DNA of 64,000 bases from Harriotta raleighana (GCA_050575255.1 JBNZDD010013718.1:5585611-5649610); one strand, 5' to 3'. Positions 39,356 through 52,946 are shown, counted from the stretch's first letter. The notes: generated from the letters alone by a model not told the origin. Numbers and translations are program-made.

Positions 39356-39367
39356 CCAGAAAGTTAC

Positions 39368-39525
39368 CATTAAGTGGAGTGGTGTTTTGGTTGGTCCCTT
39401 GGCGGACATCTTTTCCCACAGTCCTCTTCGCACATAGCGGACGATGGTGCCTGCGATCTGAAACTCCCCTGGTAGCTCGATCTTCCAGTCGCTGTTGATT
39501 GATTGCTTTGTGGAATCCTTTAAAG
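39368..39525 (-). CDS. ADAMTS17: ADAMTS17 exon, spacer (158 nt, phase 1-0)
   Basis: accag|CT...ATG|gtaact; [53 protein letters not shown]. Confidence 0.95.
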
Positions 39526-39966
39526 CTGGTGGAAAACAAACATCAAACAAGAATAATTTTTAAAACATTACGGACAAACATTTTTCCCTCTCATTCTGAG
39601 AGGAACCCGAGGACTAACAGAAACATTTAACAGCTGCTTTTCAAATGTTTATTTTCTTCCGACGAAGCTTTCATTGGGTTTCAAACGGCTTGAAGTCTGG
39701 GTGTGGACAATTGCCAGGCCAGTGCTTTGGAACTTTTTTTTTGTTGCAGGCAAGAACTACAAGCAAAATTAATAAAAAGTGAAGCAGGAATACAGCCCAT
39801 ATTTTGCTCTAGGCCATCATCTGGTTGCACTGTTCCAAGGCCAATTGGCTACTGCTCCAGACAGAGTTACACAACTTTTCTTAGAACCTGACACGTTGGC
39901 TAATTACACTGTTCACTGAGTTACTTCAATAATAAGTGGGTGGGAGTACACAGACACAGTTTCCTC

Positions 39967-39993
39967 CACACACACACACACACACACATACAT
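39967..39993. repeat. (CA)n microsatellite
   Basis: About 11 CA units followed by tacata. Confidence 0.9.
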
Positions 39994-41666
39994 ACCAGAT
40001 AGCTGCTTTGGGAAATAAAGGGATACTTTCAAATGAATTGATAGGAAATTAAATGTGCAGCTGCTGGTGAAAGACTGAGCTGCGACATCTGTGTCAAGAA
40101 TCAGCCCATTCATTTCAAACCAGCTATTTGGGCTGGTTGGGTGGGTGGGAAAGGTGGGGGTGGAAATGAGTTCATAAAAATCTGCAATGCACACTCTGTT
40201 CTGCGTAAATACCTGTACTCTTTTCTGCTAAATGCCAAAGGTGCTGATTGAAAGAAAAAAAATATTTTCATTGCTCATTCGATAAAATGTGAAAAGCGCT
40301 ATATCAAATGCCAGGATTATTATTATTATTCGTATGACCTGCTTTTTTCCTAACTAGATCTACAAAGAAACGCAGATAAGAGTCTGTAGCAAGCATTAGA
40401 GTGAAGGGATGGAAGTTGTAGCATAGCAAGTCTCACTCTCATTGGTCTGTCATTGGTCAAATGTGGGCACTTTGCCATAGAAATCGGGAGGAGGAGTGGG
40501 GGAATTGTCCAGCTCTCAGTGACTGACTTGACAGTAATGCTGGCTGGCTGGTAATTTAATATGGTTGAACAGGATCATCAGATATTGAAGATTCTGTAAA
40601 AGCACACACTTTCGTAGACTTCCTGAACTGAACCTCTATACATCTAGGCATTCAGGAGTTGAGGTATATTGGCTGTCTAGCAGAACAGGAAGAGATCATG
40701 TGAAGCATTGAATGGGCCTGCCTCGTTGTATGAGCATCAGTCACTTTTGCCTTGGGTCAGTTTCACCACAAATCTACCAAATGGATAGCAACATTAAGCT
40801 TTTGGTAGTGATTTGCTAGAAATTAAAATCTTATGTTCAGATTTTTATATGAACTCATCTGGTAAATTATTCATTTCCATTTATCAAAGTACAATCCATC
40901 CAAACCACAAGCTTCCTCCAGCACAGAATCATTAGGACAGTTATTAAGAGTTTCAGCAGTTGAGAAGCATTTTAGTGGATAAAGTTTGTGCACAGGATAT
41001 TTATGTAGCTAGTCCTAGGTGTGTGACTACCGTTCGAGTAATGAAAAAAAATACAATTCCTTCATCTGTTTGACTGCAACAAACACACAAAAAAAAGTGA
41101 TGTGGTCTTGCTTTTGCATGTGTTGAATGGATTGCAAATATTGAGAAAACATTGGCCGTGTGTTTTAGGGTTGCACCAAATGCAATTCAGAGCTAACATG
41201 TGCCCCCCGAGGCCACCTTGAATAACTAACCGCATTAATGAAATATTCTAAAATAACTACATTGTTTTAAGCAATGAATAAAATAATTGATATATAACCA
41301 CTTCAACCATGATCATAGCCCCACCAGACTCCGCAGTCCCTTAGCTTCCTCAGCATTCTGGCAGCTGAAGGAGATACAGGTTTGAGTTCTTATATAAGAT
41401 TCTCACTCCCACATGACCCTTGAAATGGAGGTTTCTTTAGACAAATAAACCCAACGTTCCCTGTGGTTCCCTCATTATAGATAGGCAGCTACATAATATA
41501 TTGCAAATGTGTAATGCAAACAGGCATGTTACATTGCACAATTTCTTTATTTATCTCAATAAAATGGATTGGCAAAAATCAATTCACGCCCACAAATTTG
41601 TAACTAGACTTAGAGGCTTCTACTTTGGATTATTTTATGAAGATACAAAGTGCTTGTTTCGTGGTA

Positions 41667-42233
41667 CAGTAAAAGCCTGTTTATCTGTGACTCGATGAAC
41701 CGGAACATCCGTATAACCGGCATGTTGAAAAAAAAGGCCTCATCCAATTAACCGGAAGTTATCCGTCAGAATAGCAGTGGCACATTTCATGAATCGATTG
41801 TTGCATGCGAGTACTGTGCAGGTATATGGACCCTGCCGCAAGAACAGCCCGAAAGTTGCACAGCAATTTTTTTTCCTCCCGTGGCGGCCGCCATTGCAGA
41901 AGTTAAGTATAAATTACAAAGTACAATATAATATTCTGTTATTATAGTATTACTGTATTTAGTCTATTATTTATGATACAGTGTACAACATTTACAATAA
42001 AGTACCAATACAATATTCTGTTATTACAGTATCTGTTATTACTCTATTTAATCTTATTTATATTGTACAGTGTACAACATTTACAATAAAGGGCCCATAC
42101 AATATTGTTATTATTTAGTTTATTATTAATATGGTATGTGTTAAAATAATATTTAATTTTTTTAAAATTTAAACAGTTTAACTAACCGACACTGGCCAGG
42201 TTTCACTGGTGCCAGATAAATGGGCTTTTACTG
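41667..42233. mobile_element. Tigger/pogo-like MITE, copy 1
   Basis: ta|CAGTAAAAGCCTGTTTATCTG ... CAGATAAATGGGCTTTTACTG|ta: 21-bp TIR (19/21), TA target duplication, internal ~90-bp AT-rich tandem units, no transposase ORF. Confidence 0.9.
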
Positions 42234-42415
42234 TATATTCTATTACATGGTGTTTTGCCTTCACTGTTTCAAAATAATGAAAGAACAGAATCACTGCTGG
42301 TAGCTTTAAGATAGTGGCGTAAACCACCAAAGAGGTCTGAAAAGAATTGCTGTACGTAATTAGATATTTTATACCATATTTGTGAGGCAGAAAATTTAAT
42401 GTTGCTAAAAGTTTC

Positions 42416-42718
42416 AATAATAGTAATCCCTACATTTGATATAGTGCTTTTCATCTCTTTTAGATGTCTCGAAGTGCTTCACAGAATAAGAGTAAAGTGA
42501 ATTGACTGTAAACATGTGGGCGAAACACAGCAGCCAATTTCACATGGCAGTGTCCTTCAGTCATGGATTGAAATGAACAATTTCTTATCTTTTTTTTGAG
42601 AGATTATTATTATGCATGCGGAGTAAGGAAACTTGCCCAAGGTTTCGTCCTGGCTGGATTTGAATACAGATCTTACACTTCTAAGGCAAGTGCTCTAACC
42701 ATTGAGCTACAGGACTCC
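42416..42718 (-). mobile_element. Full-length tRNA-derived SINE (short form)
   Basis: Reverse complement head ggagtcctgtagctcaatggttagagcacttgcc...gtattcaaatcc; family body and tail. Confidence 0.9.
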
Positions 42719-42739
42719 ACAAAAGTTTTCACCATTATA

Positions 42740-43369
42740 CAGTAAAAGCCCGTTTATCCATGACTCGATGAACCGGAAACCCTGTTGAACCGGAACCTCA
42801 AAAAAAGTCATGATTCAATAAAGCGGAAGTTATCTGGCAGCATAGTGATGACACATTTAATGAATCGATTGTCGCACGCGAGTACTGTGCAGGTACTCGG
42901 CTGGCCGCTAGTCGAGTCTAAACTCGCTCCTGCTCCTTTTAAACGCCGCAATACTGCCATTTTGTTTTCCTCCATGTGGGCCACCATTGCGAAGTTAAGT
43001 ATAAATAATAAAGTACTAATACAATATCCTGTTATTATAGTATGTTATTAGTGTATTTGATCTATTATTTATATAGTACCGTTCAACATTTACAATAAAG
43101 TAGCCATACGATATTCTGTTATTACAATATCTGTTATTACTGTACATACTCTAATATTTATATGGTATAGTGTACAACATTTACAATAAAATACCCATAC
43201 AATATTGTTATTATCTGCTATTACTTAGTCTATTATTAATATGGCATGTGTTAAAATAATGTTAAAAAAAATTAATTAAAAAAATATTTTTTAAAAAACG
43301 TTCAACCGGAAAACCGTTTAACCATCACTGGCCAGGTCCCTTGGGTGCCGGATAAATGAGCTTTTACTG
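42740..43369. mobile_element. Tigger/pogo-like MITE, copy 2 (same orientation as copy 1)
   Basis: ta|CAGTAAAAGCCCGTTTATCC ... GGATAAATGAGCTTTTACTG|tg; colinear with 41667-42233. Confidence 0.9.
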
Positions 43370-44086
43370 TGTATCAAAAAAAATTCTAAACTGAAAGCAG
43401 ATGTGCGATGACATTTGTGGAACAAAGCAATATGTCATGTTCATGAAATGGAGTACCTCACTGCTGGATTCATTGGGGCTGTATACAATGGTTCATTGCC
43501 TATTACCATTGATCTTGTAGTGATTCAACACTGTTATGTGTCACCAGCACTATTCCCAAGGATATTCGGAAACCAATACTGAAAGTGAAACTCCTATGTA
43601 TCTAAATATTTCACTGCATGTATAGATCATGTCTGGCCCCCAAATTCTACCTAATCTTAATCAATAAGATTCTTATCACTTAAATTCAGGCTTAACATGG
43701 ATTTTTCTTTTCTTTCCAGGACTGCAGAAAACTACCTTCCTAATGAAGGCAGAATTCAAAACATTTTACCAATTCTGCGTAGTCTTCAATTTTAAAGACT
43801 AAATGGTTTCAAGGGGTAAAGAGTAAGTGGGATTTCAGGATGCCTGGGAGGTCAAGTGAGTTTAGATACGAGGTCCCACCATGTCTGAAACTTGACTCAA
43901 TCTAATGAGCAAATACAATGATTTTATTATATCGCAAGTTAATAATTGGATTAATAAACAGAAATGTGTAATTCATTATGTAACAGGATACAAGACGTCT
44001 GTTCTGTTTCTTGGGCAGTCACGACAGAAGAAAAACAACCCACGTGCCAAGCAAACCACTGAACGACAGTAAATCAGTATTATTAC

Positions 44087-44167
44087 CCAAAAAGCTGTGG
44101 GCTGGCTTGTCCTCCACCACCCGGATTCGCCGTGCTCCTGCAGGGATTACAGCTGCTTCTATGTAAC
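44087..44167 (-). CDS. ADAMTS17: ADAMTS17 81-nt symmetric spacer exon (phase 1-1); not in ORF track
   Basis: tccacag|GT...TTGG|gtaata; GYIEAAVIPAGARRIRVVEDKPAHSFL contains the ADAMTS spacer motif IPAGA. Confidence 0.93.
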
Positions 44168-47072
44168 CTGTGGAAACAAGGGTTAAATAGATGAGGAGGG
44201 TTCTTCAAGAAAAGGCACAGGACTCACTCCACAGCTTCCTTTCCATAACCTCAGCCAATGCCTGCTCTCACTGCAGTTTTTAAGTAAACAAATAGGGCGA
44301 AGTTTTGAGCAAGTGAAGGAGCACGGAATGGTAAGAATGTTGGATGCTGATCAATACAGGGCTAGGCTGCAATACAGGGCCCAGAATTCTTTCGAAACCT
44401 ACAATTAGATATTGTCGGTGGAGACAATAGCCTGCAAAAGGCAAGTTTCATACACCCTTCAAAGTTTACTCTTCTGATACTCAAGCTTACACAGTTGATT
44501 TTTATACATACAAGGAGCGTCTTTTATAATGAACCCAATTAGTTTCTCTCCTCTTATCAACTGTTTTCTTCACTTCTTATGATGCCCTGCTTCTTGTTTG
44601 TTCTTAAAACCTCTCGTAAGTTTGTGTTGAGAAGAATCTGAATGATTTTAGAGGATTAAATACATACATGAACCAGAACCTAACAATAAAAACTTTGCAG
44701 CAAGTTAGTGATATAATATTGCTTTGGAGGATTCATAAGTCTTTTATACTTTAGCTATGATCGTGCCCTTGGAATGAATCACTGTAACAGTAGTTTAATG
44801 CTCCCCCAAAGGAGACACTAAACTTATGTTGGCATAGAACCACAACACATAAATCGACTGATACTGTTTGAACATCTAGAATGAAAATACTGGGTTACCA
44901 AATTACTATTGTAACCCAATATCAAGCAAAATAAATATTTTTTAAAAAAAACTAAATTCAAGCACAATCGCAAGTTGTACCATCACACAAATGGATAGAA
45001 TGCTTGGTTCTGCAACTTACGGATCGCTTCACTGGATGAAAAGTTCAAGCATCTGGGCAGAGTTGAATTTCTTGGATTATGTGAAGGAAGTTGTGTTGTT
45101 TGTGGTCCCGAGACAATTTATTGAAACTGAATACATTAGCTATGTTGTCTTTGAAACTCAACGCTTCATGAATTTTATTCAAATAAATAAGAGGCTATAT
45201 CATCAAAAAAACTTAGATGAAAAAAGCATTGAAGCGACACAGAGTCAAGTTATTGTTTCTTAGTGAAGCATCTTCCATAGGGAATTCACAGTACTATATT
45301 GGATTACTTTCTATTGGTACATGAGCATTAAATTAATTGTATTATTTTACAATTAAACAATACCAGCGCTTTTGCCTGTGCTCTAAACACATGACAAATG
45401 ATTAGCCATGGCTGCTCTACAAGAGAAGCTGCTAATGAAAAGGATTAAAAGATAAACTAACACTCAACCAAGCCAAGGATTCAGTAACGCTTTCGACTAC
45501 TGTTGGGAGCTTGTCTTAATAAGGCATCAATGTTTGTCATTTCAATTTCATATTTGATCAAATCTAAGCAGATTCATTAATTTTCATTTCAAGGTTGGAG
45601 GCACTATGCTCTTTCAATTAGAAATTGAAATATTCACTTCCCATCACTAGATATACACATCAATCAATCATCAATCAAAATTTTATTTATAAAGCGCCTT
45701 TCACGTCGGGAGGACGTCCCACATGCTTGTACCACAGAGGTGACTGGCTAACATTCTAAGGTTCCAACCACATTCAATAGGAGTTCTGCCAGTTTCTAGC
45801 CAGAGAAAGTGAAGCAGTGAAAAATAATCTGCCAACTGTCTTGGACTGTTTGCGAAGCAGCATCAGTAGCCTAAAGTAATCCATGCCTAACTAACTCACG
45901 CTGAAGAAAGAAAGTGTCAAGTTTAGTACAATAATGTGGTATAATGTAGAAGAATAATAGAATAATACAGAACAAGAGTTGTCCTTTGCTGCTGATCATA
46001 CAGTTAGGAATTAACATTTATCTAACTCATTGCCTTCTATCACATACATTTCTCCTTTGTGTATCTCACCCTATCAATCATCGATTTCCCTGGCTTTCAC
46101 TGCCTATGCCAGACTTTAACAATGTTTCTTCCTAAATCCGTGACTTTTGCTAAATTTACCATGACTGCTCCATGACTTTTGATACAAAATAAATGCTGTG
46201 ACAAATCTGCAGCTCTAATTATAGTATACCAGTTTTTTTTAATGTTCATTTAACTCTTCCCTGCAAAGAGAAAGCACCTTCCCAGCTGCAGACCCAGCTC
46301 TGTGTTATTATTGTACCACAAATATTGGCTGTAATAAGTTAAAACCTATTATGTTTGCTGAGACTATGTTAAAAAAAAACTTCTGAAGGTGCTACTTGCC
46401 TTCATTGCATTTAACAGTTAGTTAGAAACCCTCCCAAAATGGAGGCAGGGAAGTAACACAGTGCCAAGCAACCTATAATGAGCTGCAAAGGTCAAAGCAA
46501 AGTCGTGAATGCTGCAAAATTAATATTTAAGATACAGCAGGCACCTTTGTTAGACGTAACTCGACAACTGTATTTGAGAAGATCAGGTTTAACGCATTAT
46601 TTTTCGTTTTGTGTAGATTATTAAATAGCATTTAATGCAAGCGTGAGAGCAAAAAGCCGCACTGCAGGTTTTCACACCGCCACATTCATTGCTGTACAAG
46701 ATATCTATCATAGCAACCCTCATTGCTCGAACAAAGACTGAACATGAGTGACGGAAGTGATTAGTTAAGCAGAATTTCAATCTTACCCACACAAGAAAAA
46801 TCAGTTTGTGAGAAAAATTAGACTATGATGATTGCTTTAAAAAAACATTAGGATTGGAAGATGATAAGCTGAACATTTTGGAACTGTAACATCTATTATG
46901 AATAATTTCTTGAAGCCATTGATTTTTTATGTCTTTGAATCATTCCACCACTTAAACATTTCAGAGTACCTAGCAATTTTACACATTTGGTTTAAATAGT
47001 CATTGATCGTAGACTGGGCTGGCGAAAGATCCATCAGGGCAACTGCCAAATCACACTCTGCTCTTAAAATGT

Positions 47073-48020
47073 AGTGTCAGTCTGACTCAGTTAGTTGCTC
47101 TCACCTCGGAGATTGTGTGTTCAACCCCATTGGTGCCTTGGGATGTCATCCTTACATGAAAGGCACTATATAAATGTAATTCTGTATGTGTGAAAATTTA
47201 GCTCACAATCTAGGCTGACAGTCCAGTGTAGTGCTACAACAAGTTACAACAATAACTTTGATTTATATAGTGCCCTCCAAGCTGGACGGCGTCTCAAAGC
47301 GCTTCACAATGACGGATCCTGGGCCTGAGCCAGGGTGTAGGGGGAAAAAGGTGACCGAAGGCATGGTCCAAAAGAAAGGTCTTCAGCTGAGACCTGAAAC
47401 TAGGAAGGGAGGGGGCGAGGTGAAGTGAGTAGGAAGGGAGTACCAGAGCTTCGGGGCATAGTGGCTGAAAGCACGGCCACCGATGGTGGAGCGGAGGATT
47501 CGGGGGACAAGGAGGAGACCAGAACTGGAGGAGTGAAGGCAACGGATGCTGAGTTGGGGAGAGAGATCAGAGAGGTAGCGGGGTGCAGAGGAGTGGAGCG
47601 ATTTGAAAACAAGAGTGAGGATCTTGAAATCGATCCTCTCCAGGACTGGAAGCCAATGAAGTCTGGCAAGGACTGGGGTAATCGGGGAGCGAAGCTGGGG
47701 GTGTGATGCATTGCTGGGAGGTGCTATCCTTCAGATCAGTCATGAAGGCAAGGTCTCGTCTATATATTCAGGTGGACATTAAAGATCTCATGCCACCTCT
47801 TTAAAAGGGAAGCAAACTTTTCCTGGCCAACACCTCAAATAAAATTGGCCATTGACTTCTAATTCGATGAATGTTTGCAGGATATTGTTGTGCACAAATT
47901 TGCTGTTGCATTTGTCACAAAGTACATAGTCATTATACATTACAGTAGATTCTGTGAAGCAGTTTGAGATGTCCTCTTGGGAGTGTAAGGTGTGATATCA
48001 AACATAAGGATTGTTACTTA
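47073..48020 (+). mobile_element. Deu-domain SINE interrupted by nested insertions
   Basis: Head gtcagtctgactcagtt...cacaatctaggctgacagtccagtgtagt resumes at ~47708 with gcattgctgggaggtgct...ttcaggtggacattaaagatctcatg. Confidence 0.7.
47237..47705 (-). mobile_element. L2 3' fragment nested in the Deu SINE
   Basis: LHWLPV...DFKILTLVFKSLH and PSLPSFRSQLKTFL on the minus strand, plus (ttg)-type tail. Confidence 0.9.
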
Positions 48021-48286
48021 ATATTAAATCCACGAATGTGTACTGACTGTGTAAACTTGCTCTTAAAGCCCCAGTGTAGTAAAGAAGATTGAAAAGAATA
48101 GGAGATGAAACATGTTACATAGCACTTAAATGATTAAGTAACACAATGTTTTAGTTTTAAAGCCCATATATTTTAGGAGGAAGACTGAGAGGAAGTAGGA
48201 AGTTTCCAGTCTTGAACTCTTAGGAAATATAAATGCCAGAGCAAGTCGATTCTAAAGTTGATGCCATCACAAACAGAATGCAAATT

Positions 48287-48685
48287 AATAAAAATCCTTG
48301 CATTTAATATAGTGCTTTTCAGGTCTTCTAGAAGTCTCAAAGTGCTTCATATAATTGCCGCATTTTGCCCCCAAATAAACACCTGGTTTTCCTGCTCTCT
48401 TCCCCCTACCCCGACTCCTCCCCTTACCCTCTTTCCCCCTTTCATCCCTGGCCCCCTCACTTCCATGACTGTTTGTGGGACACTGCTGTGCGCAATTTGG
48501 CTGCCACGTTTCGTCCACAAATATACAGTCAAGTTTTCCTACTTTCCTTCCCCCGAGCCCTCCCCCCCACTTGACTGTACAGCGCCTTGGGACGTCCTCC
48601 CGACGTGAAAGGCACTATATAAATAAAATTTTGTTTGATGATAATATATTGTAAAGTCGATTTACTGTGTATTTGTGGGTGAAGG
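48287..48685. mobile_element. Nested SINEs: minus-strand copy split by a plus-strand copy with an alternative tail
   Basis: Minus copy 48287-48350 resumes at ~48645; the insert carries the SINE body (48461-48532), a pyrimidine linker and an L2 tail (48572-48640). Confidence 0.7.
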
Positions 48686-50319
48686 TTGGAGGAAGAGTAG
48701 TCAAGAAGGCTTGAGAGTAGATGAGGGTGGTTATTTCAGAGAAGCAATGTGCAAATTTATTAAATACCTAATGAACAAACGCACAATGTATCTGTGCTCC
48801 TGGCAAGTCCCACAAACACTCAGTCCTTGAACAGTAATTTGTTGCCTGAATAACTCTTAAAGAGAACTTCGGTAAATTTTAATCAAATTCGACAAGGGCA
48901 CTCCTTTCAGATGGCAAACCAAGCGGCAATACCAGGTCCCAAACCAACAGGCAGTGCCAGGTGTGATTACACCTCAATTGGATATTTTCGTTCAAAATCT
49001 AATTGTGAACTTTAATTACATTGAAATCAGTACCCAAGCGCTCTTACAGCAAACGTGGCATTAAATTCTACACGTCACAGTTCAATGCAGAGGTAATTTC
49101 AGCTCATTTCTTTGAAGGGGTTAGTGGTGTGAACATTCGATAAGAGAGCAGTGTATTAATAGATGGTGGAAATGTGGCATGCAGAGGAGTACACTGCATG
49201 CGAACACATCTGGTCATTTTGTGCTCTCTGTAATATAGAGGACAAATTTTCTAGATGGAAATGAGTGCAGTCAATGAGATGGAAATAGTGTTTACAGGCA
49301 CCTGACATGAACTTGTACTTGTTGCTGCATCTAAACAGCAAAACGCCATGTAAGAGGGAGCCAATTCTAAAGCGTGGTCATAATCCAAAGGAGTATTTAT
49401 ATTGTGGTTAAAGAAAAACATCTATTTTTCGGAGCCAGAGACGTAAGGTAAGCCATAGTTTATGAAACAAAAGCACTACTTCAAGGATTTAACAATGCAA
49501 ACTATCTCAGCGGGATAATACATTCTGGCTGCTTGAATGTCTGTTGGCTTTAGCTGCTTGCAGATTGTGTCTACATTAATCTTAGTATTTTATCATGGAT
49601 ACTACTGAGACACCCGATTCAGATGAACGGTCGCATTTCTAATAAATATTAAAGCAAATTTAGAGAACATTTCCTTCAAGGCCATAATTTGATATGTTGG
49701 CGCTTCTAGTGATAACTATAATGTATTTAGACAATTCTATTAGGTGTGCAGTGATACACTGTATATTTAATACAGTACCACTATAACAGAAACTTTTTTT
49801 TAAGCTGTAAAACACACTTATAAACTCAGCTCTAGGTCCCTTTGAAACACATCATCAACAAGTGCTTCTGACGCAGCAGAAACAAAGTGCCCATACATCA
49901 AATCTCCTTATTTCCTGTGGGATCAAAACTCAACAACCAATCATACCTGTGATTTGAATGTTAATGATTTCTATGGCAATCCTCTGCTAAGTTGGCCTTG
50001 CTGAACATCATAAATTACAGGATGATAGTGCCTCTCCATTAAAATTGTAGGACTCTTTATGTGCTTTCTAAATGCAAGTCAATTGTACTTAACTAAAATC
50101 AGCCAACTTAGCCTGAATTAGGGTTGCTACTAAATACTTTTGTAGGTTTTTATTTTCTCCCAGCTCTCCCCCGAAGACTATTGATCACCCTGACTCTCCT
50201 GTACAGATTTACCTACGTACGCTGGCTACAAACTGTCCACCCATTTAGAAATCACCCTTTTAAACCAAAGGGCTCTCAGTGGAGACTGGAGGAAATGGGA
50301 TTTTTTTTTGCCACTGGAA

Positions 50320-50590
50320 CACAGAGGGTTGAGGGGTGACCTGATAGAGATGTTTAAAATTATGAGGGGTTTTGATAAGAGTCAATAGGGAGAAACTATT
50401 TCCACTGTTCAGTGAGTGAGTAACTATCCATATTTGGCAAAATCCATATTTGGCCTTCGTGTGGGAACTAAATACCTTAAGAAAGATACCTTAAAAAGAA
50501 AGCGCAGGTAATTGGGACTGAAACGACTGCTATTATGGGAGCCAGCACAGGTACAATTGGCCTTCTGTGCCATAAATGTTCAATGATTTG
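50320..50590 (+). mobile_element. CR1 3' fragment
   Basis: RGLRGDLIEMFKIMRGFD-like coding followed by a CR1-type tail (gagccagcacagg...tggcct). Confidence 0.8.
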
Positions 50591-52946
50591 TTCAAAGTTG
50601 AATGGTGTCTAAATAAACTCACCGCTGCTTCCCTCAAGCAACTATTGAGCAATATGTTTTGATGCTTTTTTCTCCCAGGCAAAATAGAACAAGCTTTCAT
50701 AAATTATAATTGGTGTTTTGATTAACGTTTACCTAGGCAGCTATTTTATAATGCAAAAGTTTTGTGGCAAAGTTATCGTTCAAATCAAATCAACTGCTAT
50801 CTGTAGTGAAATGTAGCAACAGCACAAGTACCGACTAGTTGACGAAAGTGACAAGTCATTTTAATGTGTCATCTATTGGTACTTTCAACAAAACTACTGT
50901 ACTTGGTGTTACTTTGCTAATTTAGTTAAACTAGCAGACAGTTACAAATGACCAAGTCCCACAAGTATGGATTATTCATTAAAAATATGAATTCACATTC
51001 TTGACACGTAAGATATATTTATATTCCTGCTCCTGTGCTGCCTCCACAACCTTGGCTCTGTTTTTCTCTGCAGTTGCTGTCCTACTCAAAAAATGCTACT
51101 GCATTAATGATATGATACTCATAAAATTTAAACACTGTCTAAAAATGACTAACCGAATCGTCCATTTTTCTGCTTAAAGTATTCATTTTAACATAAGCTT
51201 ACTAGATATCAGTCAATGCTAGAAGCCAACTAATGTTTGATTAGATATTTCTGCAGATAGGGATCTCATATTAACTAGCTGAGGGGCTGAAAAGCTATAG
51301 TTTGCAATTGGTTCAACAATAGCTAAAATTCACCTCTCAGTTATTTGTGGTACATTGCTGTATATAAATTGGCTTCTAGGGTCATCTACAAATATACAAA
51401 CAGTGCACTTAACAGCAAAGGGTAAAGCATTTTGAGACATTCCAGTGTGATAAGGCACAATGTCAAATGCAAGAATTATCATAATTATTATTATTAGTGA
51501 CTCAGATTTGCTAATGGGAAAACCTGCTAGTAATCAACAGTAGGTCACTGTCAAATCGTGGGAACCCTGCAACCTACTTATAACAACAACTTTATATAGC
51601 ACCCTTTACGCAAGGTAGCATCTCAACGTGAGTAACAGTTCCGAAGTTTGATGCTGAGCTGGAGGGAGAATATTATTACATAACAATAATAATGAATACT
51701 TAATAATACATACACATGATATAGAAAAGTCCAACAAACAACCATGAAGTGAATGACCAGTTTTATTTGGGAGATTGTTGGCCCATTCACAGGGAGAAAC
51801 TCCCTTCCCTTTTTGAATGGTGCAATAGGATAGTGAATGTCCACCTGAGCAGGCAAACAGGGTCTGCATTTAGGGTCTGATCCAAATAATGGCAACTCTG
51901 ACAATATAGTGATCTGCCAGCATTCCACTGGAACGAACGTCAGCCCAGCCATATGAGTCTAAGCCCTGATATGAAGCTTGCACCCACTATCCAGTGTTTT
52001 GGAGTAGAGCTCCCTATTACAGGCAGCTGGGACATGCCATCCATTGCAGATGGAATGGGTAAATCCTGTTGTCAACTGATGCGTTTCACCCATTGACATC
52101 TAAATTTACTCATACTGTTGTTGTTGCAATCTTCCAGCTATTTCAGCTGTAAACAATTTACAACCAGCATGTATCTGAGAAATGGCCAATTTTACAAATG
52201 GGAACATTGGGAATGCTATTTAGTTGGCAGCCTGAAAGTTTGGGTTTAGCGTTATTTGAGTAAATTTCTGGCATGATGTTGTCCAAGTCGGAGCAATTAT
52301 TTACTCAGATACTCCAAAAGCAAACTGACATAATCAGGTTAACCCTCTGAGCGCTCAATCAGTCTAACATAGTTCACAGAACAGAATAATTCATTATCTC
52401 AGTTATCAGAACCGTTTAGAATTAAGTGATTGATTAAAAATGGAAACAAAAGAACCCATTGATTTATAATAAAGACAAAAGTTAATCTACCAAATCCATC
52501 TAATTTCACACAAAAATTCCAATTGGGAATGCAGCTAAATTAAATTGGTTGCGAAAGAGAAAGGCTTCAATTTAAAGGGAAAATTAGATTACAAAAGATG
52601 TCAACTTGGTTGAATTATTCTAACTTTTCTCAGACCATTCTTCAAAAGAACATATAGAAAGAAATCCAAATGCAGGATTCAACGGGTTAAGGCTGTACAG
52701 TAGTAATTACCACTGTAGCAAAATATGTTGTTTTGTTTTCATTAAAAACACAATCGTTAGCTTTGTGTTTTGCCAAAGAAACCTTTTCCAAGCAGCCTGC
52801 AGCACATTCCTATTCGATCCCAGCCAATTAATACTTATCCAAATGCATCGCACCTCATGGAGCTCAAGACACTGCACCTTCCAGCTAAATTCACAGACAC
52901 AATAGGAAAAGTCAACCACATCGGTCATCTGTTTCTTTATCCTTAC

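Noticed and set aside
41900-43260. Regularly spaced AT-rich ~90-bp repeats that superficially resemble an array
   Set aside because: They are internal tandem units of the MITEs with no unique spacers; eukaryotic context with no cas genes, so not CRISPR.
52339-52690. TTAA-CCC ... GGG-TTAA pair suggesting a piggyBac-like MITE
   Set aside because: Only ~8/13 matches between the putative TIRs, and ttaaccc occurs several times by chance.
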